Origin: Acidiferrobacteraceae bacterium | Lineage (GTDB): Bacteria > Pseudomonadota > Gammaproteobacteria > Acidiferrobacterales > SZUA-150 | Direction: 5' to 3' | Assembly (NCBI GenBank): GCA_003228915.1 | Contig: QIGL01000003.1 | Span: 4,998 to 68,997 of the forward strand | Length of the DNA: 64,000 bases | Part shown: one piece after another, positions 49,964-59,571 of the stretch | How positions within the stretch are numbered: position 1 is the stretch's first letter | How the letters are laid out: each line of letters starts with the position of its first letter | Notes under the pieces: model-generated | Databases searched by the model: none | What the model was told of the DNA's origin: nothing | The model's input: the letters and a program-made list of their open reading frames with translations, nothing else | Position numbers and translations under genes: made by a program

Positions 49964-51739
49964 TCAAGGCCTGTAACTGGGTAACTCAACGACATAGGCA
50001 TCTACGGAATTACCGCCACCCCAGTCACTGCCGAATAACAAACGTGTCCCGCTTGGGCTGATCACGACCTGGGGCTCGGCCCAGTATCCACGGGGCCCGG
50101 CCTTACCAAAGGTGCGATTATGGCCGACACGGCAGACTTGCCCGCCGGCATTGGTATTGGCCAGTAACAACTCATTGGCCAGCACGGTTTGACCGCTGGT
50201 ATTGCCGACGATTGATACCGCCACCCAGCCGGGAGCCTGAAGCGCCAGTGCCGAAACATGGGTGCCTGAGGGAGGATAAGGATAACCGGTACTGGGACCG
50301 ACAATCACACGGGAACTGCCGTCATTCATGTCATTGGTCACCAGCGATCCGGTAAGAGCGCCGTCAAAGGCAACCGCATTGTGGGTATCGCGACCGTTCG
50401 CAAGGCGTCCAAGGGAGGCGTGATCAAATGGATTGGCGATACTCAGGCTGCGTACGAAGTTCATATTAAGGTCACGCACCTCGGCGGCGCCGCTGTTAAT
50501 AAAAAATAGCTGTGAACCACTAGCAGACGCAATGGGTGCCAGACCACCTGATGCGGCCGCGGTTGTCCCTACCGTATCAGTACTGATTCGATAAGAAAAC
50601 GAGGTGCCTGATGAACAAGACAGTCCGATGACATCGGTGTCCCACGACATATACATGGGGTCACCGCCGCCACTGATGCTACCGGCAGGGCAGGTGGACG
50701 AGAAATCGCGAACCGCCTGCTTGGTATCGCTGCTAATAAGATAGCGGGTCAATGTCTTGTTGCTGCTATTTACATAATAAAGAATGTCTGGGTCGGTTCC
50801 ATGCCAGTAGAATTGCTCAAGATCCGGTGGATTGATGCTCAGTTTTTTGATGTGTTGATAGGTTTTGCCATTGTATAAGTGATGGCCAGCCCCACCCGGC
50901 ACACCGGAGCCGGTGTGGTACAAAATCAGGTAAGACTCATCAGCATTCCAGGCCGGTATGGTCGAATAGGCTGGTTTGATTACACCGGTGCTGCCAGCGT
51001 TACTGATTCGGCGAATGGTTGTGCCGAATTGGGGATCTGTCACCGCGACCCCGACTGCCGGTTTTGCCAGCGCCGTCATGGGGTGAGCAGCTTTGTCTGT
51101 AATCAGTCCGGCACAAAGATCTGCCACATTACCCGATGAGTAAAAAGCAGTCACGACCTGATTCTGATTCATTGTAACGGTGCATGGTGCATTGCCACTA
51201 CAGGCACCGCTCCAGCCAACAAACGTGTAAGTTGGGTCAGGCGTTGGCGTCAGGGTAACCGACGTACCATCTGCGTAGGATTGCGTGCAATCACTGCCAC
51301 AATTTATTCCAGCCGGACTACTGGACACAGTACCACCAGTATTAGTGCTGACAACCAATTGATAGGTGCCGGGTGCCGCAGTTACAAAGTTCGCGACCAC
51401 TGATTGATTCTGGGTCATGGAAACAGAACAGCTGCTGGTTCCGGTACAGGCGCCGCTCCAGTTATTAAAAACAAAGCCACCACCAGGCGATACTGTTAAC
51501 GCCACCTGTGTGCCACTTATATAATCTTCTGTGCAATCACTGCCGCAGGAAATACCAACGGGTGTACTGGACAAGGTGCCAGTTCCCGTGGTGGAGGCGT
51601 CCAGTGTGTACAAGATGCTGTTATTGATTGGCGGCGTTGCTTCTACTGATCCTTCTGAAGAACAAGCGGAAATTGCTAATACCGAAAAAAAGACAAATAG
51701 AAGTCGTACCATGATAATGGGTCGGTGCTTTGTGAGCAT
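49964..51739 (-). CDS. Predicted lipoprotein with two InlB-B-repeat-like Cys-containing modules and a C-terminal beta-propeller-like domain
   Basis: 591 aa with the lipobox 'LAISAC'. It has two ~75-aa repeats of the form '...SSTPVGISCGSDCTEDY..GT.V.LT..P...F.F..WSGAC.G...C.V.M.QNQ.V.A.F'. The C-terminus ends 'SPSGTRLLFGSDWGG'. The gene is GC-rich relative to its neighbours. Confidence 0.7.
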   Translation of the reverse strand: MLTKHRPIIMVRLLFVFFSVLAISACSSEGSVEATPPINNSILYTLDASTTGTGTLSSTPVGISCGSDCTEDYISGTQVALTVSPGGGFVFNNWSGACTGTSSCSVSMTQNQSVVANFVTAAPGTYQLVVSTNTGGTVSSSPAGINCGSDCTQSYADGTSVTLTPTPDPTYTFVGWSGACSGNAPCTVTMNQNQVVTAFYSSGNVADLCAGLITDKAAHPMTALAKPAVGVAVTDPQFGTTIRRISNAGSTGVIKPAYSTIPAWNADESYLILYHTGSGVPGGAGHHLYNGKTYQHIKKLSINPPDLEQFYWHGTDPDILYYVNSSNKTLTRYLISSDTKQAVRDFSSTCPAGSISGGGDPMYMSWDTDVIGLSCSSGTSFSYRISTDTVGTTAAASGGLAPIASASGSQLFFINSGAAEVRDLNMNFVRSLSIANPFDHASLGRLANGRDTHNAVAFDGALTGSLVTNDMNDGSSRVIVGPSTGYPYPPSGTHVSALALQAPGWVAVSIVGNTSGQTVLANELLLANTNAGGQVCRVGHNRTFGKAGPRGYWAEPQVVISPSGTRLLFGSDWGGGNSVDAYVVELPSYRP

Positions 51740-52301
51740 AATTGTTTTCCTAAAAAATTACTTCGCCTTCCGGTGACGAAATCTCCCTGTTTTGGGGTTA
51801 GTGTTTTTATGTCACCCAAACTCTAGACAAGCAGTAGTAACAAAAAAAGATACATATCTGCACATGTGCCAAATGGTTTATTTTTCAGGATAATCGGAGT
51901 AGATATTTTTTTAAAAAAACCAAGTGGTTAATTTATAGGGATAAGCGGTGCAGGCTTACTGTACTTATTATTAATTGAGACAGAAAGTAATTGAAAAAAA
52001 CGGGAGGGGTTACAGCTAAATCAAGGGCACTATCTTTTCGAGCAGTCATACGTACTTGAGTCGTCGAATACAAGACGGACACCACCAGGTAAGAATTATT
52101 ATTTATGTAAGATCAGGTAGTATTAGATGAGAAGCGAAGCGGTTCAGAAGTTGGCAGCTATTTTTTTTGGTGATTTCCTGATAGCCGCTAACTTTATTGA
52201 AAAAGTATATTTGGATTATAAAAAAGAAAACTAAAAACATGAAACATAGGATAGTTCATCAAAAATAAAAGCAATTATTTTATGCGCCATTCTGAATAAA
52301 A

Positions 52302-52685
52302 TTATTCACTATTCTGTATTTTTCTTAGTTTTGCCCAATCCCATCCTATAACTTCACCGTCGAGAAAAATGACAGGTACAGTTTGAGTCAGCTTTATAGA
52401 TGTGAACGGTGGATACTTTCTGTTCAGGTAATAGTAGACTTCATATTGTTTTTTTCCTGATTCTATAATTTCTTTTTTATAGGGATTTGGAGCTATGCCA
52501 TTACCGGTTTCAGCGTGGTCGTTACCCATAAATTCCCTGACCTGTTCTTTGGGCATATTTAGTTCAATTTTATTCAAGTTGACCCGGTTGTTTGATATCA
52601 ATTCCTTGAATGATATTTCTTCTGCAAAACTAACATAAGATATCAGAAACAGGATCGGGAAAAATATTACGGGCATATTCCTCAT
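52302..52685 (-). CDS. Small secreted protein (DUF3192-like)
   Basis: 127 aa with an N-terminal signal sequence and a 'MPKEQVREFMG.....' BamE/SmpA-like pattern. The family assignment is from memory only. Confidence 0.5.
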   Translation of the reverse strand: MRNMPVIFFPILFLISYVSFAEEISFKELISNNRVNLNKIELNMPKEQVREFMGNDHAETGNGIAPNPYKKEIIESGKKQYEVYYYLNRKYPPFTSIKLTQTVPVIFLDGEVIGWDWAKLRKIQNSE

Positions 52686-52857
52686 TAAATTATCAGCCTT
52701 ATTATGAGTTGTAGTCTATCGTGTGAATATGATATTTTCATTTATAACTTAAAGCCATTATTAATTACAATTAAACCAATCGTTAACTGTCGAGATTGCA
52801 TGGTGTAAGCATAGAGAGCAGGACAGTAAGCGTTCTTTAGTGTAAAATCAGCGACTT

Positions 52858-54261
52858 ATGAAATATTTCCCTATATTCTTACGACTGGAAAATAAACCCT
52901 GTCTGGTGGTTGGTGGCGGTGAAATTGCCCATCGCAAGGTCGAGCTACTTAAACGTGCCGGCGCCGCTGTTACAGTTGTGGCACCGGATTTATGTAAACA
53001 AATGTCAGCTTTGACCGCGTCGGATGAGATTAGCCATATTATTGGTGAGTTTACCGAGGATCAGGTTGCTGGCAACGTATTAGTCATTGCCGCGACGAAT
53101 AACCGGGCGGTGAATGCATTGGTTGCCAGCGCTGCCGACAAACTGAGCATACCTGTCAACGTGGTTGATACGCCTGACTTGTGCCAGTTTGTTATGCCCT
53201 CAATTGTTGATCGTTCACCTATTGTTATAGCCATATCCAGTGGCGGTACTTCGCCGGTTTTGGCCAGGTTAATTCGTGCCAAGCTGGAGTCAACCATACC
53301 TGCTGCTTATGGCAGGCTTGCTGGTTTGGCCAAGGAATATCGGGACAAGGTAAAGCAAACATTTACCAGCATCAACGAACGCAGGATTTTCTGGGAAAAA
53401 ACTCTGCAAGGTCGGGTGGCTGAACTTGTTTTTTCAGGACAGGAACAACAAGCTAAAAATGAGCTGGAAAAAGATTTAAAAAGAAAAAAAGGTGATACCG
53501 AAGTTGGTGAAGTTTATTTAGTCGGTGGCGGCCCTGGCGATCCGGATTTATTAACTTTTCGTGCCTTGCGACTAATGCAGCAAGCAGACGTCATTGTCCA
53601 TGATCGACTGGTGTCACCGGAAGTGCTTGATTTGGTCAGGCGTGATGCCGTAAAAATTTATGCTGGCAAGGAAAAAGACAAACATGCCATACCCCAGGAC
53701 AAAATTAACACGCTGTTGGTGAAACTGGCAAAAGAAGGCAAGCGAGTTTGCCGATTAAAAGGTGGCGATCCATTTATTTTTGGTCGTGGCGGTGAAGAAA
53801 TTGAATTGCTGGCGAAGGAGGGTATTCCATTTCAGGTGGTGCCCGGTATTACCGCCGCAGCCGGTTGTGCTTCTTACTCCGGGATTCCCTTGACTCACAG
53901 GGATTATTCACAATCCGTTGCTTTCGTCACAGGCCATCTAAAAGACGGTAACTTTAACTTAAACTGGGATGGTATTGCCAAGCCTAACCAAACGCTGGTT
54001 ATCTATATGGGCCTGGTGGGAATTGACGCGTTATGCCAGGAATTAATATCACACGGCCTGGTTAAGAACACACCGGTAGCGTTGGTGCAGCAAGGCACAA
54101 CACGTCACCAAAGAGTCATCGTCGGTGATTTGGAAACCATGCCGGACATGGTCAAAAAGAAAAGAGTAAAAGCGCCAACGCTTATTATTGTAGGGGAAGT
54201 GGTGAAGTTGCGTGAAAGTCTGAACTGGTTTCATGCAGAGCAAGAGCAGGAAAATTACTAG
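52858..54261 (+). CDS. cysG: Siroheme synthase (uroporphyrinogen-III methyltransferase / precorrin-2 dehydrogenase / ferrochelatase)
   Basis: 467 aa. The N-terminal domain has 'FPIFL.L....CLVVGGGEIA.RK'. The C-terminal SUMT domain has 'VYLVGGGPGDPDLLT' and 'RLKGGDPFIFGRGGEE'. Confidence 0.95.
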   Translation: MKYFPIFLRLENKPCLVVGGGEIAHRKVELLKRAGAAVTVVAPDLCKQMSALTASDEISHIIGEFTEDQVAGNVLVIAATNNRAVNALVASAADKLSIPVNVVDTPDLCQFVMPSIVDRSPIVIAISSGGTSPVLARLIRAKLESTIPAAYGRLAGLAKEYRDKVKQTFTSINERRIFWEKTLQGRVAELVFSGQEQQAKNELEKDLKRKKGDTEVGEVYLVGGGPGDPDLLTFRALRLMQQADVIVHDRLVSPEVLDLVRRDAVKIYAGKEKDKHAIPQDKINTLLVKLAKEGKRVCRLKGGDPFIFGRGGEEIELLAKEGIPFQVVPGITAAAGCASYSGIPLTHRDYSQSVAFVTGHLKDGNFNLNWDGIAKPNQTLVIYMGLVGIDALCQELISHGLVKNTPVALVQQGTTRHQRVIVGDLETMPDMVKKKRVKAPTLIIVGEVVKLRESLNWFHAEQEQENY

Positions 54262-54275
54262 TTTATTGACTCATT

Positions 54276-54446
54276 GGTGGGCGATGCCCACCCTCCACCC
54301 TACAAAAGTTGTTATCCCACCACCTCGTCATTCCCGGGGCAACGGGAATCCAAGTGTTTTAATGAGCAGTTTGTTAGTTATGTACTGGATACCCGCTTCC
54401 GCGGGATGACGGAAGCTTGTCATTCCGGCCCAATAGTCAGGAATGA
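54276..54446. repeat. Cluster of REP-like palindromes in the cysG/response-regulator intergenic region
   Basis: Four palindromes are present. They are GGTGGGC-gat-GCCCACC (54276-54292), ATTCCCG-gggcaa-CGGGAAT (54330-54349), CCCGC-ttcc-GCGGG (54392-54405) and TCATTCC...GGAATGA (54420-54446). The first unit plus 'CGTCATTCC' matches 47937-47966. Confidence 0.7.
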
Positions 54447-54457
54447 TACTTTTTTGC

Positions 54458-55123
54458 TTAGCTCTTTTTTTCTTTTCGATTAATACCGTTCTCAACGGCA
54501 ATGACTGCTGCCTCGACACGGGAGTGCACGCCCAGTTTTCGTAGAATCGATTTAACATGAAGTTTAACGGTGCCATCGGTAATATCCAGTTCACGGGCAA
54601 TGACTTTGTTACTTTGACCATCGGCAATATGACTTATAATTTCACTTTCACGGGGCGTCAGGTTGTCTAATCCCTTGTGCCTGTCAGCAGGCTTATCCAG
54701 CTCATCTGTTTTACCTTGAACAATCCTGGTAAGCGATCCAATGAGTTCTTTGGCTACAACGTTATCACCAGATAATGCCGAATTTAATGCCGGTACCAGG
54801 TCTTCCGGATCCATGTCTTTCAGCAAATAACCCTGGGCACCACTACGCAAGGCTTCTGCCAGGTCTTGTTCTTCGCGACTCATGGTTAACATCAAAACAG
54901 GTGTTTCAATTTTTTCAGACCTGAGTGCTTGCAGTGTTTCCGGGCCAGTCATGCCCGGCATTTTCATATCCAGTAAAATAATATCGGGCTTTAATTCTCT
55001 GGCCTTTTCTATGCCTTCCTGACCACTGCCCACTGAGGCGGCAATATCGATACCTCGACTCTGTAGTAAAGTTTCTATGCCTTTGCGCACCAGGGCGTGA
55101 TCGTCAATAAGAAGTACGCGCAT
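54458..55123 (-). CDS. NarL/FixJ-family response regulator (REC + LuxR-type HTH)
   Basis: 221 aa with 'RVLLIDDH', the phospho-acceptor context 'PDIILLDMKMPGM', and a C-terminal 'LTPRESEIISHIADGQSNKVIARELDITDGTVKLHVKSILRKLG'. Confidence 0.92.
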   Translation of the reverse strand: MRVLLIDDHALVRKGIETLLQSRGIDIAASVGSGQEGIEKARELKPDIILLDMKMPGMTGPETLQALRSEKIETPVLMLTMSREEQDLAEALRSGAQGYLLKDMDPEDLVPALNSALSGDNVVAKELIGSLTRIVQGKTDELDKPADRHKGLDNLTPRESEIISHIADGQSNKVIARELDITDGTVKLHVKSILRKLGVHSRVEAAVIAVENGINRKEKKS

Positions 55124-56705
55124 TGGAAATTTCTCGAATTAGATTAGTTGAATTATTTTGCTTATGGATAGCAGGAAAACCTAAAGAAATTTGCGTGCCT
55201 TCTCCAGGCTCGCTTTCTATTGATAGCGTGCCATCTAATCTTTGCGCTCGTTCCTTCATAATTGAAATTCCAATGTTTTCACCGGGCCGTGAAGCATGTC
55301 CTGCTGTGTCAGTTTCTATACCATGTCCGTCATCTTCAATCAGGATTATAAACTCTTCATCAAGACCGTATTTTAATATTATTCTGACATTAGATGCATT
55401 ACTGTGTTTTCTAACATTCGTCAGTGCTTCCTGAATAATTCTGTAAACTTGCACCTCCTGAACTGGAGAAAAGCTGTATTGATTCCACTCGTTTTGTAAA
55501 AAAACCGATATTTTTGTTTCTTCTCTGAATTTCAAGACCAGGTCTTTGATGGCAGGAACAAGTCCACGATCATCGATACGTGATTTATAGTTTCCCAGCA
55601 CATCGCGCAAATCTTCGTGGGCTTCATCGATTGCTGATTTTAGTCTTCTTACTTCGTTTTGAGCACCGCGGATATCTTTTTTGTATAATATCTCACCCAG
55701 CATTTTAATTTGCAGGCGCATGCTGACCAGTGATTGCGCCAGGGAGTCGTGTAACTCGTTGCCTATCATATTTCGTTCTTCCATAATGGCCAGTCGACGT
55801 TCATTATCATCAAGCCGGGATTTTTCAATCGCCAGCCCAAGATGTTTACCGATACTATTTAATAAATCCCTGACATCTCTTCCCAGTTCATCACTTGATC
55901 GTTTCAGGAAAAGATTATAGATCCCGAGAATTTTTTCCCGGTACTGGAGCGGGACAACGACTAATTCGGCACAGCCATCAACAAGCAACTCTTGTCCAAT
56001 AATTTTGTTACACGTTTCGATGCCTGTTTGAATACCAATGCCACCGTTTTTTGTAATATTGCCGCAGAGGCATAGATCAATATCCATGCAGTTTTCCTGT
56101 TTTATTATTTCACTGGAAAAACCCCGGCTCGCGATTAATAAGGTAGAATTATTTTCAGTCAATAACCTGACGCTTGCAGCCTTGGCATCTACCAGCACCA
56201 TTAGTGTATCAAGGAATTGTTCAAGCAATTCATCGAGATTTCTGGCAGTACTCAAATCAGTGGCAATATCATATAAAATTTCCAGGGACCTGCTCTTGGC
56301 AGCGATATGATCGGTTTTTTCCTGGACCCTAATATCCATTTCTTCAATTAATCCGGACACCTCGTGGGTCAAATTATTAACATCGGAAATAACGCCCTTA
56401 AAAGCAGTTTTTTCAGATAAGGGGATGTCTGTATGGAGATCGCCTTTACGTAAACGATTGGACCATTTTTGGAGTTCTGTAAACGGTAGCAATAATTTTT
56501 TAATCACGAAATAATAAAGACTGGCTACCAGGATGAGCATTAGCAAACCAATGCTTATATAAACAGCTGGTGTACCAGTTATCATAGCCTGACCGCCACT
56601 AAACAAGAGCAAAATTGCAAGGGCAGCAATCCCCAAAACCAGGGTTGTAATAATTACCAGGGGATGGAAGATATTTAGTTTGATAGCGGCCAGTTTCATT
56701 ACCAA
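55104..56705 (-). CDS. Sensor histidine kinase (2 TM, HAMP, Cys-rich GAF, HisKA_3, HATPase)
   Basis: 533 aa. Two TM helices are separated by only about 12 residues. A HAMP-like segment follows, then a GAF-like region containing 'CMDIDLCLCGN...C...C'. It has the 'IGNELHDSLAQSL' H-box and 'DDGHGI', 'GIS.M.ERA' ATPase motifs. It overlaps the regulator gene by 20 nt. Confidence 0.9.
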   Translation of the reverse strand: MVMKLAAIKLNIFHPLVIITTLVLGIAALAILLLFSGGQAMITGTPAVYISIGLLMLILVASLYYFVIKKLLLPFTELQKWSNRLRKGDLHTDIPLSEKTAFKGVISDVNNLTHEVSGLIEEMDIRVQEKTDHIAAKSRSLEILYDIATDLSTARNLDELLEQFLDTLMVLVDAKAASVRLLTENNSTLLIASRGFSSEIIKQENCMDIDLCLCGNITKNGGIGIQTGIETCNKIIGQELLVDGCAELVVVPLQYREKILGIYNLFLKRSSDELGRDVRDLLNSIGKHLGLAIEKSRLDDNERRLAIMEERNMIGNELHDSLAQSLVSMRLQIKMLGEILYKKDIRGAQNEVRRLKSAIDEAHEDLRDVLGNYKSRIDDRGLVPAIKDLVLKFREETKISVFLQNEWNQYSFSPVQEVQVYRIIQEALTNVRKHSNASNVRIILKYGLDEEFIILIEDDGHGIETDTAGHASRPGENIGISIMKERAQRLDGTLSIESEPGEGTQISLGFPAIHKQNNSTNLIREISNARTSY

Positions 56706-56859
56706 AAGTGAATCAGGATCGGGGCGCCACTATAGTTGTTTAGCTAACAGGGGTATAGAGGTGAAAAAGTACTGACTTATAAGTTATTGTTTAATAATAA
56801 CATTATACCATAGTACGAGAATGAACTAGCTTCCACGGCGCCAATCTACAGCTTTGAAA

Positions 56860-57171
56860 CTATTTTTCGGGGGCTATGTAATTCGGATCATTTGGGTTCA
56901 TAAAAATAAACTGGGGTTTGTTTTCTTCAACCTCCACGTAATCTATAGTCATATCTTTCAAAAGATCCAGGATAGAAGGTGAAAAAATGATGGTAACACC
57001 ATTTTCCTGCACCTGGACATCATCGTCCGTGGTCTCGTCAAAGCCCATACCGTATTCAAAAGCATTATTGCCATCTTTTTTTACTGCCAACCTCAGGGAC
57101 ATGCCGTCCATGCCACCTTCTTTTGCCGAGGCTAGAATCTGGTCGGCGGCTTTTTTAGATATTTTAATCAT
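56860..57171 (-). CDS. dsrR: IscA/HesB-like protein lacking the cluster-binding cysteines (DsrR)
   Basis: 103 aa with the A-type-carrier fold pattern ('I.IS..AA..I........G..LRL.V...G...F.Y.M.FD') but no Cys residues. It sits directly after dsrN, matching the dsrN-dsrR order of Allochromatium vinosum. Confidence 0.8.
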   Translation of the reverse strand: MIKISKKAADQILASAKEGGMDGMSLRLAVKKDGNNAFEYGMGFDETTDDDVQVQENGVTIIFSPSILDLLKDMTIDYVEVEENKPQFIFMNPNDPNYIAPEK

Positions 57172-58554
57172 AATAACCAGTCCTGTTTTTTAACCCGTGA
57201 AACAAATTCAAGAAATTCGTTAATCCAGGGATTCGATAAAGTATTTCTCTGGTGTGCGTAAGTTGCAATTATATTATTTATCAGAAAACCGTCCTGTTTT
57301 TTGGTAATACCTTTTCCGCGAATAACGTCAAAGCCAAATTTATTATTTGAAGAATTAAACTTTAACTCAGAATAATGAAATTCATGGGGCGGGTTGCTGA
57401 TCAGCCCCCTTAATATTACCATTGATCCATGGATGTTTTTCGTTTTTCTTAAGATAAACATAGCCCCGGCCAACTGGCCTGTCATGCATAACGGAGTAGG
57501 CATCGATGACGCCGAGCATTTCCGAGTAAGCATCATGCCAGTGAATACCATTACTCAAATACATCAGACCACCACATTCGGCATAAACTGGCAGTCCTTT
57601 GTTAATTTTATCCCTTAGCAGGGCTCTCATTGTAGTATTATTTTCGAGCTGTTTCATTCTGCTTTCTGGAAAACCACCACCGATAAACAACCCATCTATT
57701 GGGGCAATCTTTTTATCATTGATAGCGTCAATAAAAATCAGTTTGGCACCAGCCTGTTCAAATGCTTCCAGGTCGTCCTGGTAATAAAAGCCAAATGCTT
57801 CGTCACGCAATATGCCTATCGTAATTCCTGCTGTTTTTTTTGAATCTATATTTGAAAAATTGCTGGTCTCTTCTGTTGTAGATGCAATATTATTTATGCG
57901 CTCGAGATCAATTTGTTTTGTAATATTTTCGGTTATTTTTTTAATCAAGACATTAGCGCTGGCGGTTTCATTGCTGGGGATCAGGCCAAGATGTCTTTCT
58001 ACAATTTCCAGTGCCGGGTCGCGCTGGATGGCACCCAATACGGAAATTTCAGTATATTCCTGCAAGACCCTTCGCAGTTTTTCTTCATGGCGGCTGCCAC
58101 CAACCTTGTTGAGTATCACGCCGGCGATATTTACATCAGGCTCAAATTTCTGAAAACCAAGCAAAAGCGGGGCAACACTACGAGTGATACCCTGGGTATC
58201 AATAACCATAATTACCGGGGTTTTGAGTAATCTTGCGAGGGCTGCGCTACTGTTACTGCCATCAAGGTCAAGTCCATCGGACAAACCCTTATTGCCTTCA
58301 ATGATACTTACGTCAGCGTCAGTACTTTTGGAGTCGAATAAACTTTTTATCTCATCATGGGTCTGGGTAAAAAAATCAAGATTATAACAGTGCCTGCCTG
58401 ATGCCAGTGCCAGCCACATTGGGTCGATATAGTCTGGACCTTTTTTAAAGGGTTGAACTTTGAGGTTATTTTTTCTCAGCGCCGCACACAAACCAAGTGT
58501 GACCGTTGTTTTCCCGGAGGATTTATGGGCTGCGGAAATTAATAAACGTGCCAT
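57168..58554 (-). pseudogene. dsrN: Siroheme amidase-like cobyrinic acid a,c-diamide synthase homologue (DsrN), interrupted by a +1 frameshift at a G5 run
   Basis: ORF 57382..58554 carries the CbiA/CobB N-terminus ('SAAHKSSGKTTVTLGL', 'KKGPDYIDP'). It stops just before the GATase motif. ORF 57168..57551, in another frame, supplies 'HEFHYS...YAHQR...NPW'. The frames meet at CCCCC 57405-57409. Removing one base gives one 461-aa protein. Confidence 0.8.
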
Positions 58555-58557
58555 ACA

Positions 58558-59571
58558 TTAAGCTGCGGCTGAAAGGCGATCCCGGTTCCTGTTTGCCCAT
58601 AATTGATTGGCCAGTGTCTCAGCAGTTGTAAAACTGTCGGCCTTACCAATCATTTTCAGGACAATGGCAGCGGTTCCAATAACGGCAGCTTCGCCATATT
58701 CATTACTACTTTCGTCACGCCAGACTGTGGTCAACTCAGCAGGGTTAAGTGTGCCTGGTTTTACGTGTCTGCGGGCGAACATTGCCGGCCAGGTTTCATC
58801 TGCCAGGTTTTCACCGTGAAGTGTTTTTACCAGGCAGTCCATATCCGGGTTTCTTTCTATTTCTCCACCTTCACCTTTGACTACAGCAGCATGCTTGTGA
58901 TTTAGCAAAAGTGAGGCTTTTTGATGCATAGGGTGGTAAGCCGGGTGGTGAATGCCAGTAATTACATGTTCAGCATCAAATGGATTGAGCAGTCTTGCTA
59001 CCGTGTGGACAGGAGAGCGAAGTCCAATGACAGGTCTGAGATCTATGATTTCCTGAAGTCTGGGCGACATATTTTCCATATCAAGATAGGAAAAACCGGA
59101 AGTTTTTATTTGTTCGGCAGCCTCTTTAAGTGAAGTAGAGACGTCAACTCCAAGCTGCTTCAAAACATCCCTGGTATAAATACGGCCTTCGGTATGGCCA
59201 CTGGCTCCATGCATAAAAATATTAATATTGTTTTCTGCCAGCAATAGCGCGGCCAAAATATACCAGGGCAAGTGTCTTCTTTTGCCAGCGTAAGAAGACC
59301 AGTCAATCTGGATCTCCGGGTGATTCGCCGGAAAATTTTTGTCATCATGCAGTGTTTTTCGGATTGCATTGACAAAACCTGCAACTTCTTCCGGGGTTTC
59401 TTCTTTTACACGCATGAGCGTCAAGATTGCACCGAGCTGTTCGGGCGTTACTTCTCTGGCCATAATCATAGACATGACTGTTTCTGCTTCTGCCATGGAG
59501 AAGTTGCGCGAGCCTTTTCTTCCTTTACCAAGGATTCGGACATATTGTGCAAATGGGTGTTCAGAATTCAC
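58558..59571 (-). CDS. YbiB/TrpD2-like protein (glycosyltransferase family 3 fold without the PRPP-binding GTGGD loop)
   Basis: 337 aa. The N-terminal helical bundle has 'KGRKGSRNFSMAEAETVMSMIMAREVTPEQLGAILTLMRVKEETPEEVAGF'. The 'SSYAGKRRHLPW' segment replaces the TrpD GTGGDG loop, as in E. coli YbiB ('IPSYNGARKQANL'). The comparison is from memory. Confidence 0.7.
   Translation of the reverse strand: MNSEHPFAQYVRILGKGRKGSRNFSMAEAETVMSMIMAREVTPEQLGAILTLMRVKEETPEEVAGFVNAIRKTLHDDKNFPANHPEIQIDWSSYAGKRRHLPWYILAALLLAENNINIFMHGASGHTEGRIYTRDVLKQLGVDVSTSLKEAAEQIKTSGFSYLDMENMSPRLQEIIDLRPVIGLRSPVHTVARLLNPFDAEHVITGIHHPAYHPMHQKASLLLNHKHAAVVKGEGGEIERNPDMDCLVKTLHGENLADETWPAMFARRHVKPGTLNPAELTTVWRDESSNEYGEAAVIGTAAIVLKMIGKADSFTTAETLANQLWANRNRDRLSAAA

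Noticed and set aside
48993-52301. An integrated mobile element or genomic island with an integrase at tRNA-Ser.
   Set aside because: No integrase, transposase or direct repeat of the tRNA 3' end is visible. Only the compositional anomaly and the duplicated terminator are seen, and these are reported as findings.
54274-54627. ORFs 54274..54483(+) and 54328..54627(-) in the cysG/regulator spacer.
   Set aside because: They are translations of REP-like palindromes. They have non-ATG or overlapping starts, and one overlaps the response-regulator gene.
57168-57551. A 127-aa ORF treated as an independent gene between dsrN and dsrR.
   Set aside because: Its first two thirds overlap dsrN out of frame. 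Its last ~71 aa carry the missing C-terminal 'HEFHYS' amidotransferase segment of DsrN. It is the 3' part of a frameshifted dsrN.
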